DNA from: Anaerovoracaceae bacterium | GTDB taxonomy: Bacteria; Bacillota; Clostridia; Peptostreptococcales; Anaerovoracaceae | Length of the DNA stretch: 53,524 bases | Direction: 5' to 3' | Assembly (NCBI GenBank): GCA_963648085.1 | Contig: CAVJDC010000001.1 | Coordinates: forward strand, 1 to 53,524 | Part shown: positions 8,874 to 18,068 of the stretch, piece after piece | Layout: each line of letters opens with the position of its first letter | How positions within the stretch are numbered: the stretch's first letter is position 1 | Program-made: the position numbers and the translations under genes | The notes under the pieces: generated by a model | Databases searched by the model: none | Told to the model about the DNA's origin: nothing | Seen by the model: the letters and a program-made list of their open reading frames with translations, nothing else

Positions 8874-9416
8874 ATCGAAATGCCGCCCTTTTTTCATTTA
8901 AGAAGCTAGATGATGGAAAAAATACAAGAACTTAGTACAGATGCACTGTGTGAAAAAGCAGTCGAGTAAAAAAATTTTAAAGACAAAAATAATTTGACAT
9001 ATATTTAACATATCTCTTGAAAAAATAAATAAAAAGGATTATCATAACTACGGCAGTAAATTGAGACAATAAAATAGCATTTATCCTGAAAAATACGCCA
9101 ACTTTAAAGGATACATTTGTACAATTGACAAGACCATAAAATTTACAAATAATATAAACACAAATGGCATAAATATATAAACATATAAATAATATAAACA
9201 AAAATGACCCAACTACACAACTATATAACAAATGATATCGTTGGGACCTACCCTTGATATAGAATTATTTCACGTGTCTAAATATCACAAAAGGAGGGAT
9301 GAATTATTTTACTGCATCATGTCCGATAGTGGCATGATAAATGAATCAATCGTTTAAACACGATAAATGACTCGATCATCTATTAATGTAAGAAAAATGA
9401 CAAAGGACAAAAACTA

Positions 9417-12400
9417 ATGAAGAAAATGAAGAAAACATTATCTATTCTGCTAGTACTTTGCATGGCTGTTTCTATGTTTGCAGGTCTTGGTATCAGTGCA
9501 AACGCTGCGGAAGCAGTTTTAGCAGAAAACAATGCAGCTGGATATAATTCCGGCGTGGGTACAGAAAATGACCCATATATTATCGCTACTTCTAACCAGT
9601 TAGCATATCTTGCTAGTCAGGTTAACAGCGGAAATACCTATAGCGGCAAGTATTTTAAACTTGATTGCAATATTGATTTGAGCGGTGCTGCATGGACACC
9701 TATCGGAGGCGGCTCATCAGCATATGATTTTGCAGGCAGCTTTGATGGAAATAATAAAATAATATCCAATTTGAATATTAGCGCTGCTTCACAGGACAAT
9801 ATCGGACTTTTCGGAAGTGTTTCCGGCACTGTAAAAAAAGTTGTTGTCTCAAGCGGTTCAGTTGAAGGTGGTAAGAATACAGGCGCTGTTGTTGGTAAAA
9901 ATTACGGAACTGTAACGGACTGTTCTAATATAGGATGCTCAGTAACTTCAGCCGGCCTCGGACAGGGCGTTGGCGGTGTAGTTGGTTCTTGCTGGAACGA
10001 TGGCACGATAACTAACTGCTACAACAGTGCTGCAGTTTCCGGTACTGGCGCAAGTACTTATGCAGGCGGAATTGTCGGCAAAGCTGAGTCTTCAATCTCC
10101 GGATGCACAAATAGCGGCAGCGTAACTTCACTTAGTTATTGTGGCGGAATTGTTGGATATGCGGCAGTACATCCTGATAACTGCACCAACAGCAGTTCAA
10201 CTCCTTCAGATATTATGGGATATTTAGCTGCAGCAGATGCAAGTGATACTACAAATGTTACGAGCGGCGGATCTTATCATGTAATCGGAGATGCTACTTT
10301 TAATATAAGCACTGATGAACCAGTTTCTATAGTTGGTAACGGAACAGCATATCGTGTAAGTATTATCTATTCGACGGCAGCAAATCTCACAATTTCAGAC
10401 CTTAAAGTTTCTGGGCCGGCAACTGCTGCATCTAACATTATAGATTTTGCAGAGGGAACTTCAAATATTCTTAACATCGAAGGCACCAGCGTATTGGAAA
10501 ATGACAACACATCTCTTAACTGCGCTATGATTCATGTTGAAAATACAGCAGATCTTACTTCATCACTTGATATTTCAGGTGCCGGAACTCTTTATATGTA
10601 TAAAAACAGCATGGGAGCTGCTATCGGTGCAGACACAGGCGAGGCAAACGGTGCTGTTACTATCAATAGCGGAAATATTTTTATCAAGGGCAGCAAGACA
10701 GGTGCTCTTATAGGAAATGATACAACTACAAATACCGCACTTCAGAATCGTATAGGCGATATCACTATCAAGGGCGGAAATATCAATCTGGTAAATAAAG
10801 CACAGGGCGCAGGTATAGGCGGCAGCCGCATGTCTGTAGCTAAAAATTGTAAAATCGAAGGCGGAAATGTTACATTAGTTACAGATTATAATGCACCCGT
10901 AATCGGAGCCGGTGCTCAGAAAAAGAACGCTTCTGGTGCAAATGGCAATCTTATTGTAACCGGAGGATCTGTAAAGACTATGGTTACAAGCAATGGATAT
11001 TCGGGCTTTAATATCAATTCTTCAAAGAGCGAAGAAACAACAGATGTTGCTATCAAAGCAGACAAGACAAATGGAACTGATCCTGTATATCTCTATAAGC
11101 TTGATGTCAGCAATATAAGTCCAGTAGATGGTGAATATACAGTTCGCGTAGACAATGAGCAGAGTCCTTACTATAAAGGCGGTTTGCATCAGTATCATTA
11201 CACAGCAAGCACAACTTCTACGACAGCAAACTGGACACCGACAGCAGATAATTGTCTTTATCTCTATCTCACTGCAGGAAATCATAGTATAGATGTGAAC
11301 GGAACGACAGTTAATGTTGATTGGGATTCTTCTGCATCAAGCTTTACAACTTCTGCAGTAAATCCGTCCGATGAAGTAAGTTTGGCTGAAGAGGATGATG
11401 TAATTACAATATATCCGAAGGGTGATGGTGAGGTAGTTTATTGGTTAACGAACCCACAATTTAATTTCTTTCAGGTAACTTTCGAAAAAGGAAAAAAATA
11501 TCTCATTAATATGTCAGCGTATGATTCAAAAACACAAGCAGCAGAATTATACTTTAAAGCTAAAGAAGGTGGCTACAACGGAAGTCTTGATGGTGTGACA
11601 TTCATCATTCCTGATGGAACGACATTTTCTTACTTTGATGTTGGCTACAAAGAGAAAGTAGATTTTACTATCGAGGGTGCCAAGACTGAAAACGGATATG
11701 CCACTTTAAATCAGAAGACATATGATGGATATAAGGATAGCAATGGCAATATAACAGATTCAAAAGGTAATATATATACCGGAGCTGAATCAATGTTCCA
11801 AATTTATGATGATTCATCTTTGACAATTAAAAATTTGAATGTGGCTATAAATCCTGATCAAAAGCTCAATATAAAAGCTTTTGACCAGAGAGGTATATAT
11901 ACTGGCAGCAGCGCTCAATCGTCATATTATACTGGCACCGTGAATCTTGAAAATGTAAATATGACAGGATGCGCCAGACTAAAAAATTACATAATTTATG
12001 CAGCTGATGCTACATTAAATAATGTCAAATTCGATACAACGGATATTCCTTTCTATATGGGCACTACAAATGGAGCAAAAAAATCAACTCTTACGATAAA
12101 TTCAATCGATTATAGTTCCTGCACAGGAACAGCAATAAGTACGCAAGGTGATTTGAACGTTATGCTTAACCCGACTGGTGACATTAAAATAGGAGGCAGC
12201 ATAATTTCAAAGGCAGCGATAAAAGTTACTCCACAGGATGGCTATGACATTGAGAGTATGACGGTAAACGGAAAATCTGTCAGCGTCCCTACAAAGGAAA
12301 CTACACTTTCTGATGCAGTCACAAGTGGGCTGAACATCAAGATGACTCCTCCACCAGCAACTTATACATCTTCAATTACAGCTGATAAAGAAAGTTACAA

Positions 12401-13223
12401 AACTGGTGAAACTGTCACAGTTACAGCAGCTCTTACACCTGACTCTGCAGAAAGTCTTGCAAGCGGTGAAATGAAATTCACATATGATACAGAAAAGCTC
12501 GAATTCATTAATACAGCACCAAACACTACTGTTCTTGGCGACAATGCAAAGTCAAGTGTAAGTGAAGGCGTATGCGTTGCGTCATTTAAAACTGATTCTG
12601 GCAGTGAAGTTGCCGTTTCAGAAGACACTCCTCTCACACTGGCAACCTTCACATTTGAGGCAAAAGCTGTGGGTACCGCTGACTTCACTGTAACAAAAGC
12701 AGTCGCTTCCGCGAAAGAAAAGCTCACAGGAAGCACTGTTAATCTGCCGAAGAGTGCGACAAGTATCACATTGATAGCTAATAATATTAAGATAGATACA
12801 TTTGGATCTGATTATAAGCTTCTCAAATATAAAGCAGACGCTCTGCCTGAGTCAGGCAATGCTTATTATGTTGGCGATACAATGCTGACTTATGTTCCTG
12901 CATATTCTCAGGGTGACGATGCAGAAAAATACGTTTTCGTAGCACTTTATAAGGACGGGGAAGAACCTGCTGCACCTATGGTAGAGACAAAGACCGGCAC
13001 TTATGAGACTATCACGGCGACAGGAGACGTAAATAAGGACACTGAGGTAGATATAATCGATGCTCAGGTTGTTATGTACATAGTGGCCAGCAAATTTACA
13101 AGTGCCACTAACGGTATCGACTGGCTCAATAGTGACGTAAATGGCGACGGAGCAATAAATGCTCTTGATTCTCAGGCTATTCAGTATTATGTTCACTATG
13201 ACAAGTTTGGCACTTTCAATTAA
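9417..13223 (+). CDS. Secreted surface protein: signal peptide, GLUG-motif module, G-rich beta-helix-like region, cohesin-like domain, conserved spacer (X-like), dockerin
   Basis: 1268 aa. Signal peptide: MKKMKKTLSILLVLCMAVSMFAGLGISANA. GLUG-type repeats: NIGLFGSVSG, GVGGVVGS, YAGGIVGK, YCGGIVGY. Cohesin-like block: YKTGETVTVTAALTP...GEMKFTYDTEKLEF...LTLATFTFEAKAVGTADFTV. Dockerin loops: DVNKDTEVDIID and DVNGDGAINALD. Confidence 0.9.
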   Translation: MKKMKKTLSILLVLCMAVSMFAGLGISANAAEAVLAENNAAGYNSGVGTENDPYIIATSNQLAYLASQVNSGNTYSGKYFKLDCNIDLSGAAWTPIGGGSSAYDFAGSFDGNNKIISNLNISAASQDNIGLFGSVSGTVKKVVVSSGSVEGGKNTGAVVGKNYGTVTDCSNIGCSVTSAGLGQGVGGVVGSCWNDGTITNCYNSAAVSGTGASTYAGGIVGKAESSISGCTNSGSVTSLSYCGGIVGYAAVHPDNCTNSSSTPSDIMGYLAAADASDTTNVTSGGSYHVIGDATFNISTDEPVSIVGNGTAYRVSIIYSTAANLTISDLKVSGPATAASNIIDFAEGTSNILNIEGTSVLENDNTSLNCAMIHVENTADLTSSLDISGAGTLYMYKNSMGAAIGADTGEANGAVTINSGNIFIKGSKTGALIGNDTTTNTALQNRIGDITIKGGNINLVNKAQGAGIGGSRMSVAKNCKIEGGNVTLVTDYNAPVIGAGAQKKNASGANGNLIVTGGSVKTMVTSNGYSGFNINSSKSEETTDVAIKADKTNGTDPVYLYKLDVSNISPVDGEYTVRVDNEQSPYYKGGLHQYHYTASTTSTTANWTPTADNCLYLYLTAGNHSIDVNGTTVNVDWDSSASSFTTSAVNPSDEVSLAEEDDVITIYPKGDGEVVYWLTNPQFNFFQVTFEKGKKYLINMSAYDSKTQAAELYFKAKEGGYNGSLDGVTFIIPDGTTFSYFDVGYKEKVDFTIEGAKTENGYATLNQKTYDGYKDSNGNITDSKGNIYTGAESMFQIYDDSSLTIKNLNVAINPDQKLNIKAFDQRGIYTGSSAQSSYYTGTVNLENVNMTGCARLKNYIIYAADATLNNVKFDTTDIPFYMGTTNGAKKSTLTINSIDYSSCTGTAISTQGDLNVMLNPTGDIKIGGSIISKAAIKVTPQDGYDIESMTVNGKSVSVPTKETTLSDAVTSGLNIKMTPPPATYTSSITADKESYKTGETVTVTAALTPDSAESLASGEMKFTYDTEKLEFINTAPNTTVLGDNAKSSVSEGVCVASFKTDSGSEVAVSEDTPLTLATFTFEAKAVGTADFTVTKAVASAKEKLTGSTVNLPKSATSITLIANNIKIDTFGSDYKLLKYKADALPESGNAYYVGDTMLTYVPAYSQGDDAEKYVFVALYKDGEEPAAPMVETKTGTYETITATGDVNKDTEVDIIDAQVVMYIVASKFTSATNGIDWLNSDVNGDGAINALDSQAIQYYVHYDKFGTFN

Positions 13224-13338
13224 TAAAAAAGATAAAGTATAAGAACTTTGTGAAAAAACTGGCAAACAATTCGCAAAATTACATATGTTGTTCTCTCGTA
13301 AGATAGTTTCTCAATCTAATCTTACAGAGACATATATA

Positions 13339-13374
13339 AAGGGGCGGTGGCGGTGCCAAACCGCCTCTTTGTTT
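13339..13374 (+). terminator. Possible terminator between the 9417 and 13413 genes
   Basis: Hairpin aggggcggt / accgcctct (one mismatch) is followed by ttgttt. Confidence 0.45.
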
Positions 13375-13412
13375 AATAGTATATTTACTATATATTTTCA
13401 GGGAGAATTCTC

Positions 13413-16400
13413 ATGAAACAAAAGAACAAGATTGTGTCACTGCTTATGGCTGTAATGCTGCTGCTGTCCTTGCTGCAGACGACCTCCGTTGCTTTTGCAC
13501 AGGAAGGTTATGGCTTAGAAATGGGTGCGACAGAGGGTACTTTCATTATCGGTGACAATATTTCGATACCCATATATTTGAAGGGCACGGCAGGTGCCGA
13601 AGCGCCAGTCTCAGCTCAGGTGGAACTAAATTATTCTGCAGAATTATTGAGATTGACTGGTGTCACCGCTGGAAATCTCACAAATTTTCGCGACACAACG
13701 GAAACTGCAGGCAGCATAATATTATCTTACTATGATTATACCGGTACATTTGATTCTGAAGGGAAGCTGCTGATAGCGACATTGAATTTTGCTGCTGTTG
13801 CATCAGGAAATACAGCAGTTAAATGTATAAATGGCATCGTTACAGAAAAAGAGAATCCTGCAGCAATTACTATTACAGAGCTTGGCAGCGAGCAGATTGC
13901 GATAGGCTCTTATCCATGGGAAGGAAAAGGTACGGAGAATGTTCCGTATCTCATAAAGACCGCAGATGATCTTGTCACATTGGCTCGCTTTGTAAATGAA
14001 TTGAAATTTGATTTTAAAGGCATTTATTTTAAGGTGACCAATGACATCGATCTGTCAAGTGTATGCGGTGAAACTACGAAAAATTGGCAGCCTATAGGCT
14101 GCGTTGATGAGTATGAGTCTGGAACCCATGGTTCTTCAACTATCATTTATCCTTCTTCGGCTGCGCCATTTGGCGGAAATTTTGACGGCGGAGGATACGA
14201 AATAAAGAATCTTTATTATAAGAATTCGGATACATCCAGTCAACAAGTAAGTAACTGCTTTGTCGGTTTGTTTGGATATGTACTTGATGCAAATATAAAG
14301 AATGTGACTGTGAACGGAAGCATAGAATGTTATGCATATGCCGGAGGTATTGCCGCATGGGCAGATGGGGAAGTAAATATTTCTGGCTGCACAAATAAAG
14401 TAAGCATAAAGACATATGCAGGTAATGCAGGTGGGATAGCGGGAAATACCATAAGCGAATATAAACTGACATCACCAGAAAAGGTATACCATAAGGAAAC
14501 AACTCTTATCATTGCCGATTGCGTAAATTATGGTGAAATTCGTGCAAATAAGACCGGATATGTTGGCGGTATAGCCATGCATGCGACCGAAATACGCAGA
14601 TGTGCAAATCACGGTGTGCTGTATAGCTTCTCATCAGCATATGGCATTTCCTATTTGTGTACAATTGATCGCTGCTATAATGACGGCGAAGTGTCCTCTG
14701 TCAGCGGCATTGCATCAGGCATTGGAGGATCGACCGTCACAAATTGCTACAATACAGGAAGCATTACATCTACGCGAAACAATTCCGATACTGGTTATCT
14801 GGCAGTTGGAATCTCATACACAGCGGACTATATCGCAAATTGTTATAATGTAGGCACACTCACATCTACCAGCAAGGGGAATCATGACATGTCGGTTCTC
14901 GGAGGTGTTTTTCCTATAGCTGCTAAGGTAACATCTCAGGAAAACAATTATTATCTTGATACGGTGAAGGCTGCTCCTGACGGATATACTTATATTGGTA
15001 TATCTCAGACATCAGAGCAACTCAAAGCACTTGCTCCCACACTCGGAGAAGCATTCTTTGAGGACAGCAGCAATGTAAATAACGGCTATCCTATTTTAGA
15101 CTGGCAGGCCGGTGATGTATATGATGTGGAATTTTCCCTTGTAAATGATGATAGTGGCGTTTCTTATGTCAATATCAACAATAAAAAAATCGACACAAAG
15201 CTGCGTTACTTGGATGGCTCTTCCGTAGTATTCTCAATAGAGGGATATAATACAGGAAAATACAAGGTTGGCAGTGTAATCCTTAATAATGAAACAGATT
15301 TGCTGCCATCTACAGACGGTACATATTCGTTTACTGTGACAACGGACAGTATCATACAGATTTCTATAGTTAAAAAAAGTTCTGAAGAAGCATCTGGCGG
15401 CAGCAATTCCAACGTATACTCAGGAAGTCTTTCTGGTGATAAAAAGTGGGATGGGACAAAAGTTGATGTTAGCTGGTATATAGGCCATGAGGATGATACG
15501 ACATATGAAATCTCAACTGCTGCAGAGCTGATGGGTGCAGCGGCACTTGTCAATGGCCTTGTGAATGAAGACTGTAAAGTTTATACATCTGAAACAGAAT
15601 ATCATGATGCCTCATGGTGGAATGATAAAGCCAACGGATGGGTGAATGAAAATACAACTGATGGATCCGGAGGCAGTGGCCTCAACATGTCTACAGACAC
15701 TTATCACTACGGAGTGGAGGATTTTAACGGAAAGACGATAAAACTCACTTCAAATCTTGATATGGGCGGAATATATGATGAAAGTTCCGACACTTGGTCT
15801 GGTCCAAACTTTATGCCTATCGGCGGGCAGTATCTTATGAAGGATGAAGAAAGCAGCACAAAGCTTAGCTCGTCATTCTGCGGAACGTTTGATGGCGATG
15901 GTCATTATGTATACAATATTTATTGTGATCGTCATTGCTCTAATGGCAATTTCGGTGACGGTCAGAGTGTCGGTCTCATAGGTCGTCTCGGAGTCCACGA
16001 CAATGACCCTGAAGAAATCCGTCCGACAAATCCGACGGTTCGAAATGTAGGCGTAACGGGATATATTTATGCGAACCGCAGCATTGGCGGAATTGTGGGA
16101 AAGACTGGAAAAACAGCATACAACAATGAAAATCTGGAAAAAGTGACTGACGGTTATGCGGTCATCGAAAATTGCGTAAACTATGCTCGTATTATAGGTA
16201 CCGACGCGAAAGGAACTGCCGGCGTAGTCGGCGCATTCTGGAATGGCGGAATTTGTCAAAATTGCTACAACATGGGCAATGTTACTGGCGGCTGGCCATC
16301 TGGCGGAATTGCAGGAACAAACGAAAATACCCTTCTTAGCTGTTATAATGCTGGTATGATTGATTCAACCTCGGGTGACAACTGGGCAGAGGCTATCGGG

Positions 16401-18044
16401 TCGTACAATGGAGACTTTAACCATTTTGTTGTCAACTGCTGGTGGCTAGAGGGAACCTCGACTGACGGAGGTTATTTTAACAGAAAAACAGATGATCTGG
16501 CATCAAATTCTATGACAGCAGATTCTATGAAGGATGCTTCCTTTGTAACAACGCTTGGATCCGCTTATGATGTGGATACAGATGGAAAAATAAATGGTGG
16601 CTATCCTGTGCTTAAATGGCAGCTGACAAATGAAGATAGTCAAGACAAAGATGACACAGGCGGCGGAGACACTGGCGGCGGAGACACAGGCGGCGGAGAC
16701 ACAGGCGGTGGAGACACAGGCGGTGGCGATACAGGCGGCGGTGACACTGGCGGTGGAGACACAGGCGGTGGCGATACAGGCGGCGGTGACACTGGCGGCA
16801 CAGGAGGCGGCGGCACTGATTCTAAAACAGATACCGATAATGAGCCTGTCGAAAAAAGAGATGCTGTTATAATTGACTCGAGTACTACAGTGACTGATGA
16901 TAGTGCTAATGTTGATGTCACTGCGGACGCAGTCAAGAAAAGTATAAATGAAGCGAAAAAATCAGAAGCCACAAAGCTTATCATAAAGACGGATAAAAGT
17001 GGTAAGAATGCTGATGATACTCAGATCACGATTCCAGCGGCTGCTGCAAAGGATATTGCAGATTCAAAGCTCACTCTGAGAATCGAAACAGCGGACGGCA
17101 GTATATTGACGCTTGATAAAGATTTCATAAAGAGTGTCAGCACGCAGATCGGAAGTGATGACCTGCATATTGTAATCACTGCGAAGACAGCGAAAGAAGC
17201 TTCAGAAGCTGTCAAGAGTTCAGGTATAAGTGCAGCGGATGCAGCAAATGCAAACATTTTCGAAGTACAGATGTTTGCGGGAAGTAAGCAGATTAAAGAA
17301 TTTAAGGGAAAAATAACGCTTGATCTGCGAGCACCGTCAGGCCTGAAGGCAGGAGACACAAATGATGTATATCGGGTCGACGCAGATGGCAAGTCAGAAA
17401 AGCACACCGGCAATGTCAAGTCAGAAAACGAAATACTTGTCTCAGAGGTGACAGCATCAGGGATGGGTACATTCCTGGTTCTTGCTCCTAAGGGACTTCC
17501 ATTTACGGATGTTTCAGGTCATTGGGCGATAGACGCCATTACATATGTCTACAATAACGGACTCTTTAATGGTGTCAGCGATACACTTTTTGCACCAAAT
17601 TCTACTATGACGCGTGCGATGCTTGTGACAGTTCTTTATAGAATGGAAAAGACCCCTGCTGTCACTGAAGGCAGAAGCTTCAGCGATGTCAAGTCAGGGA
17701 CATGGTATACGGACGCTGTCAGTTGGGCTTCATCGCATGAGATTGTAAAGGGCTTTGATGATGGAACGTTTGGTCCTAATAAGGATATAACGAGAGAGCA
17801 AATGGCTGCCATCTTGATGCGTTATGCTGAGTATAAGGGATACGATGTCAGCAAAACGGCTGATATTTCAGCTTATACGGATGCCTCGAAGGTAGGAAGC
17901 TGGGCACTTGACGATATGCGCTGGGCAGTTGGCTCAGGTCTGATCACTGGTATAGACAGCAAAACACTCGCACCTAAGGGCAATGCTACTCGCGCTCAGG
18001 TGGCGACTATCCTTATGCGCTTTCAGCAGAATATCGCTAAGTAG
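13413..18044 (+). CDS. SLH-anchored scaffold-like surface protein: signal peptide, N-terminal cohesin-like domain, two GLUG-motif modules, (GGDTG)n linker, three SLH repeats
   Basis: 1543 aa. Signal peptide ends in ...SVAFAQE. Cohesin-like block: GYGLEMGATEGTFIIGDNISIPIYLKG...LLIATLNFAAVASGNTAVKC. GLUG repeats: FVGLFGYV, YAGGIAAW, AGGIAGN, YVGGIAMH, SIGGIVGK. SLH repeats: FTDVSGHWAIDAITYVYNNGLFNG, FSDVKSGTWYTDAVSWASSHEIVKG, YTDASKVGSWALDDMRWAVGSGLITG. Confidence 0.9.
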   Translation: MKQKNKIVSLLMAVMLLLSLLQTTSVAFAQEGYGLEMGATEGTFIIGDNISIPIYLKGTAGAEAPVSAQVELNYSAELLRLTGVTAGNLTNFRDTTETAGSIILSYYDYTGTFDSEGKLLIATLNFAAVASGNTAVKCINGIVTEKENPAAITITELGSEQIAIGSYPWEGKGTENVPYLIKTADDLVTLARFVNELKFDFKGIYFKVTNDIDLSSVCGETTKNWQPIGCVDEYESGTHGSSTIIYPSSAAPFGGNFDGGGYEIKNLYYKNSDTSSQQVSNCFVGLFGYVLDANIKNVTVNGSIECYAYAGGIAAWADGEVNISGCTNKVSIKTYAGNAGGIAGNTISEYKLTSPEKVYHKETTLIIADCVNYGEIRANKTGYVGGIAMHATEIRRCANHGVLYSFSSAYGISYLCTIDRCYNDGEVSSVSGIASGIGGSTVTNCYNTGSITSTRNNSDTGYLAVGISYTADYIANCYNVGTLTSTSKGNHDMSVLGGVFPIAAKVTSQENNYYLDTVKAAPDGYTYIGISQTSEQLKALAPTLGEAFFEDSSNVNNGYPILDWQAGDVYDVEFSLVNDDSGVSYVNINNKKIDTKLRYLDGSSVVFSIEGYNTGKYKVGSVILNNETDLLPSTDGTYSFTVTTDSIIQISIVKKSSEEASGGSNSNVYSGSLSGDKKWDGTKVDVSWYIGHEDDTTYEISTAAELMGAAALVNGLVNEDCKVYTSETEYHDASWWNDKANGWVNENTTDGSGGSGLNMSTDTYHYGVEDFNGKTIKLTSNLDMGGIYDESSDTWSGPNFMPIGGQYLMKDEESSTKLSSSFCGTFDGDGHYVYNIYCDRHCSNGNFGDGQSVGLIGRLGVHDNDPEEIRPTNPTVRNVGVTGYIYANRSIGGIVGKTGKTAYNNENLEKVTDGYAVIENCVNYARIIGTDAKGTAGVVGAFWNGGICQNCYNMGNVTGGWPSGGIAGTNENTLLSCYNAGMIDSTSGDNWAEAIGSYNGDFNHFVVNCWWLEGTSTDGGYFNRKTDDLASNSMTADSMKDASFVTTLGSAYDVDTDGKINGGYPVLKWQLTNEDSQDKDDTGGGDTGGGDTGGGDTGGGDTGGGDTGGGDTGGGDTGGGDTGGGDTGGTGGGGTDSKTDTDNEPVEKRDAVIIDSSTTVTDDSANVDVTADAVKKSINEAKKSEATKLIIKTDKSGKNADDTQITIPAAAAKDIADSKLTLRIETADGSILTLDKDFIKSVSTQIGSDDLHIVITAKTAKEASEAVKSSGISAADAANANIFEVQMFAGSKQIKEFKGKITLDLRAPSGLKAGDTNDVYRVDADGKSEKHTGNVKSENEILVSEVTASGMGTFLVLAPKGLPFTDVSGHWAIDAITYVYNNGLFNGVSDTLFAPNSTMTRAMLVTVLYRMEKTPAVTEGRSFSDVKSGTWYTDAVSWASSHEIVKGFDDGTFGPNKDITREQMAAILMRYAEYKGYDVSKTADISAYTDASKVGSWALDDMRWAVGSGLITGIDSKTLAPKGNATRAQVATILMRFQQNIAK
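16653..16805 (+). repeat. In-frame 15-bp tandem repeat x ~10 encoding (DTGGG)n
   Basis: gacacaggcggcgga units differ only by synonymous changes, and a 45-bp higher-order unit is visible. The antisense ORF 16640-16984 (PPVSP repeats) is an artefact of this array. Confidence 0.95.
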
Positions 18045-18068
18045 AAAAAGATAAAAAAGGATGATGAA

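Noticed and set aside
8977-9231. Minus-strand ORF of 84 aa in the A/T-rich spacer upstream of the 9417 gene
   Set aside because: It is the hydrophobic, Ile/Phe/Tyr-rich product expected from random A/T-rich DNA. There is no SD and no recognisable motif. A TTGACA-17-AATAAT promoter-like match at 9125-9153 (+ strand) was also noted, but it is too weak and too distant (265 bp) to report as a feature.
16640-16984. Antisense ORF encoding (PPVSP)n
   Set aside because: It is the mirror image of the (DTGGG)n coding repeat in the 13413 gene and is not an independent gene.
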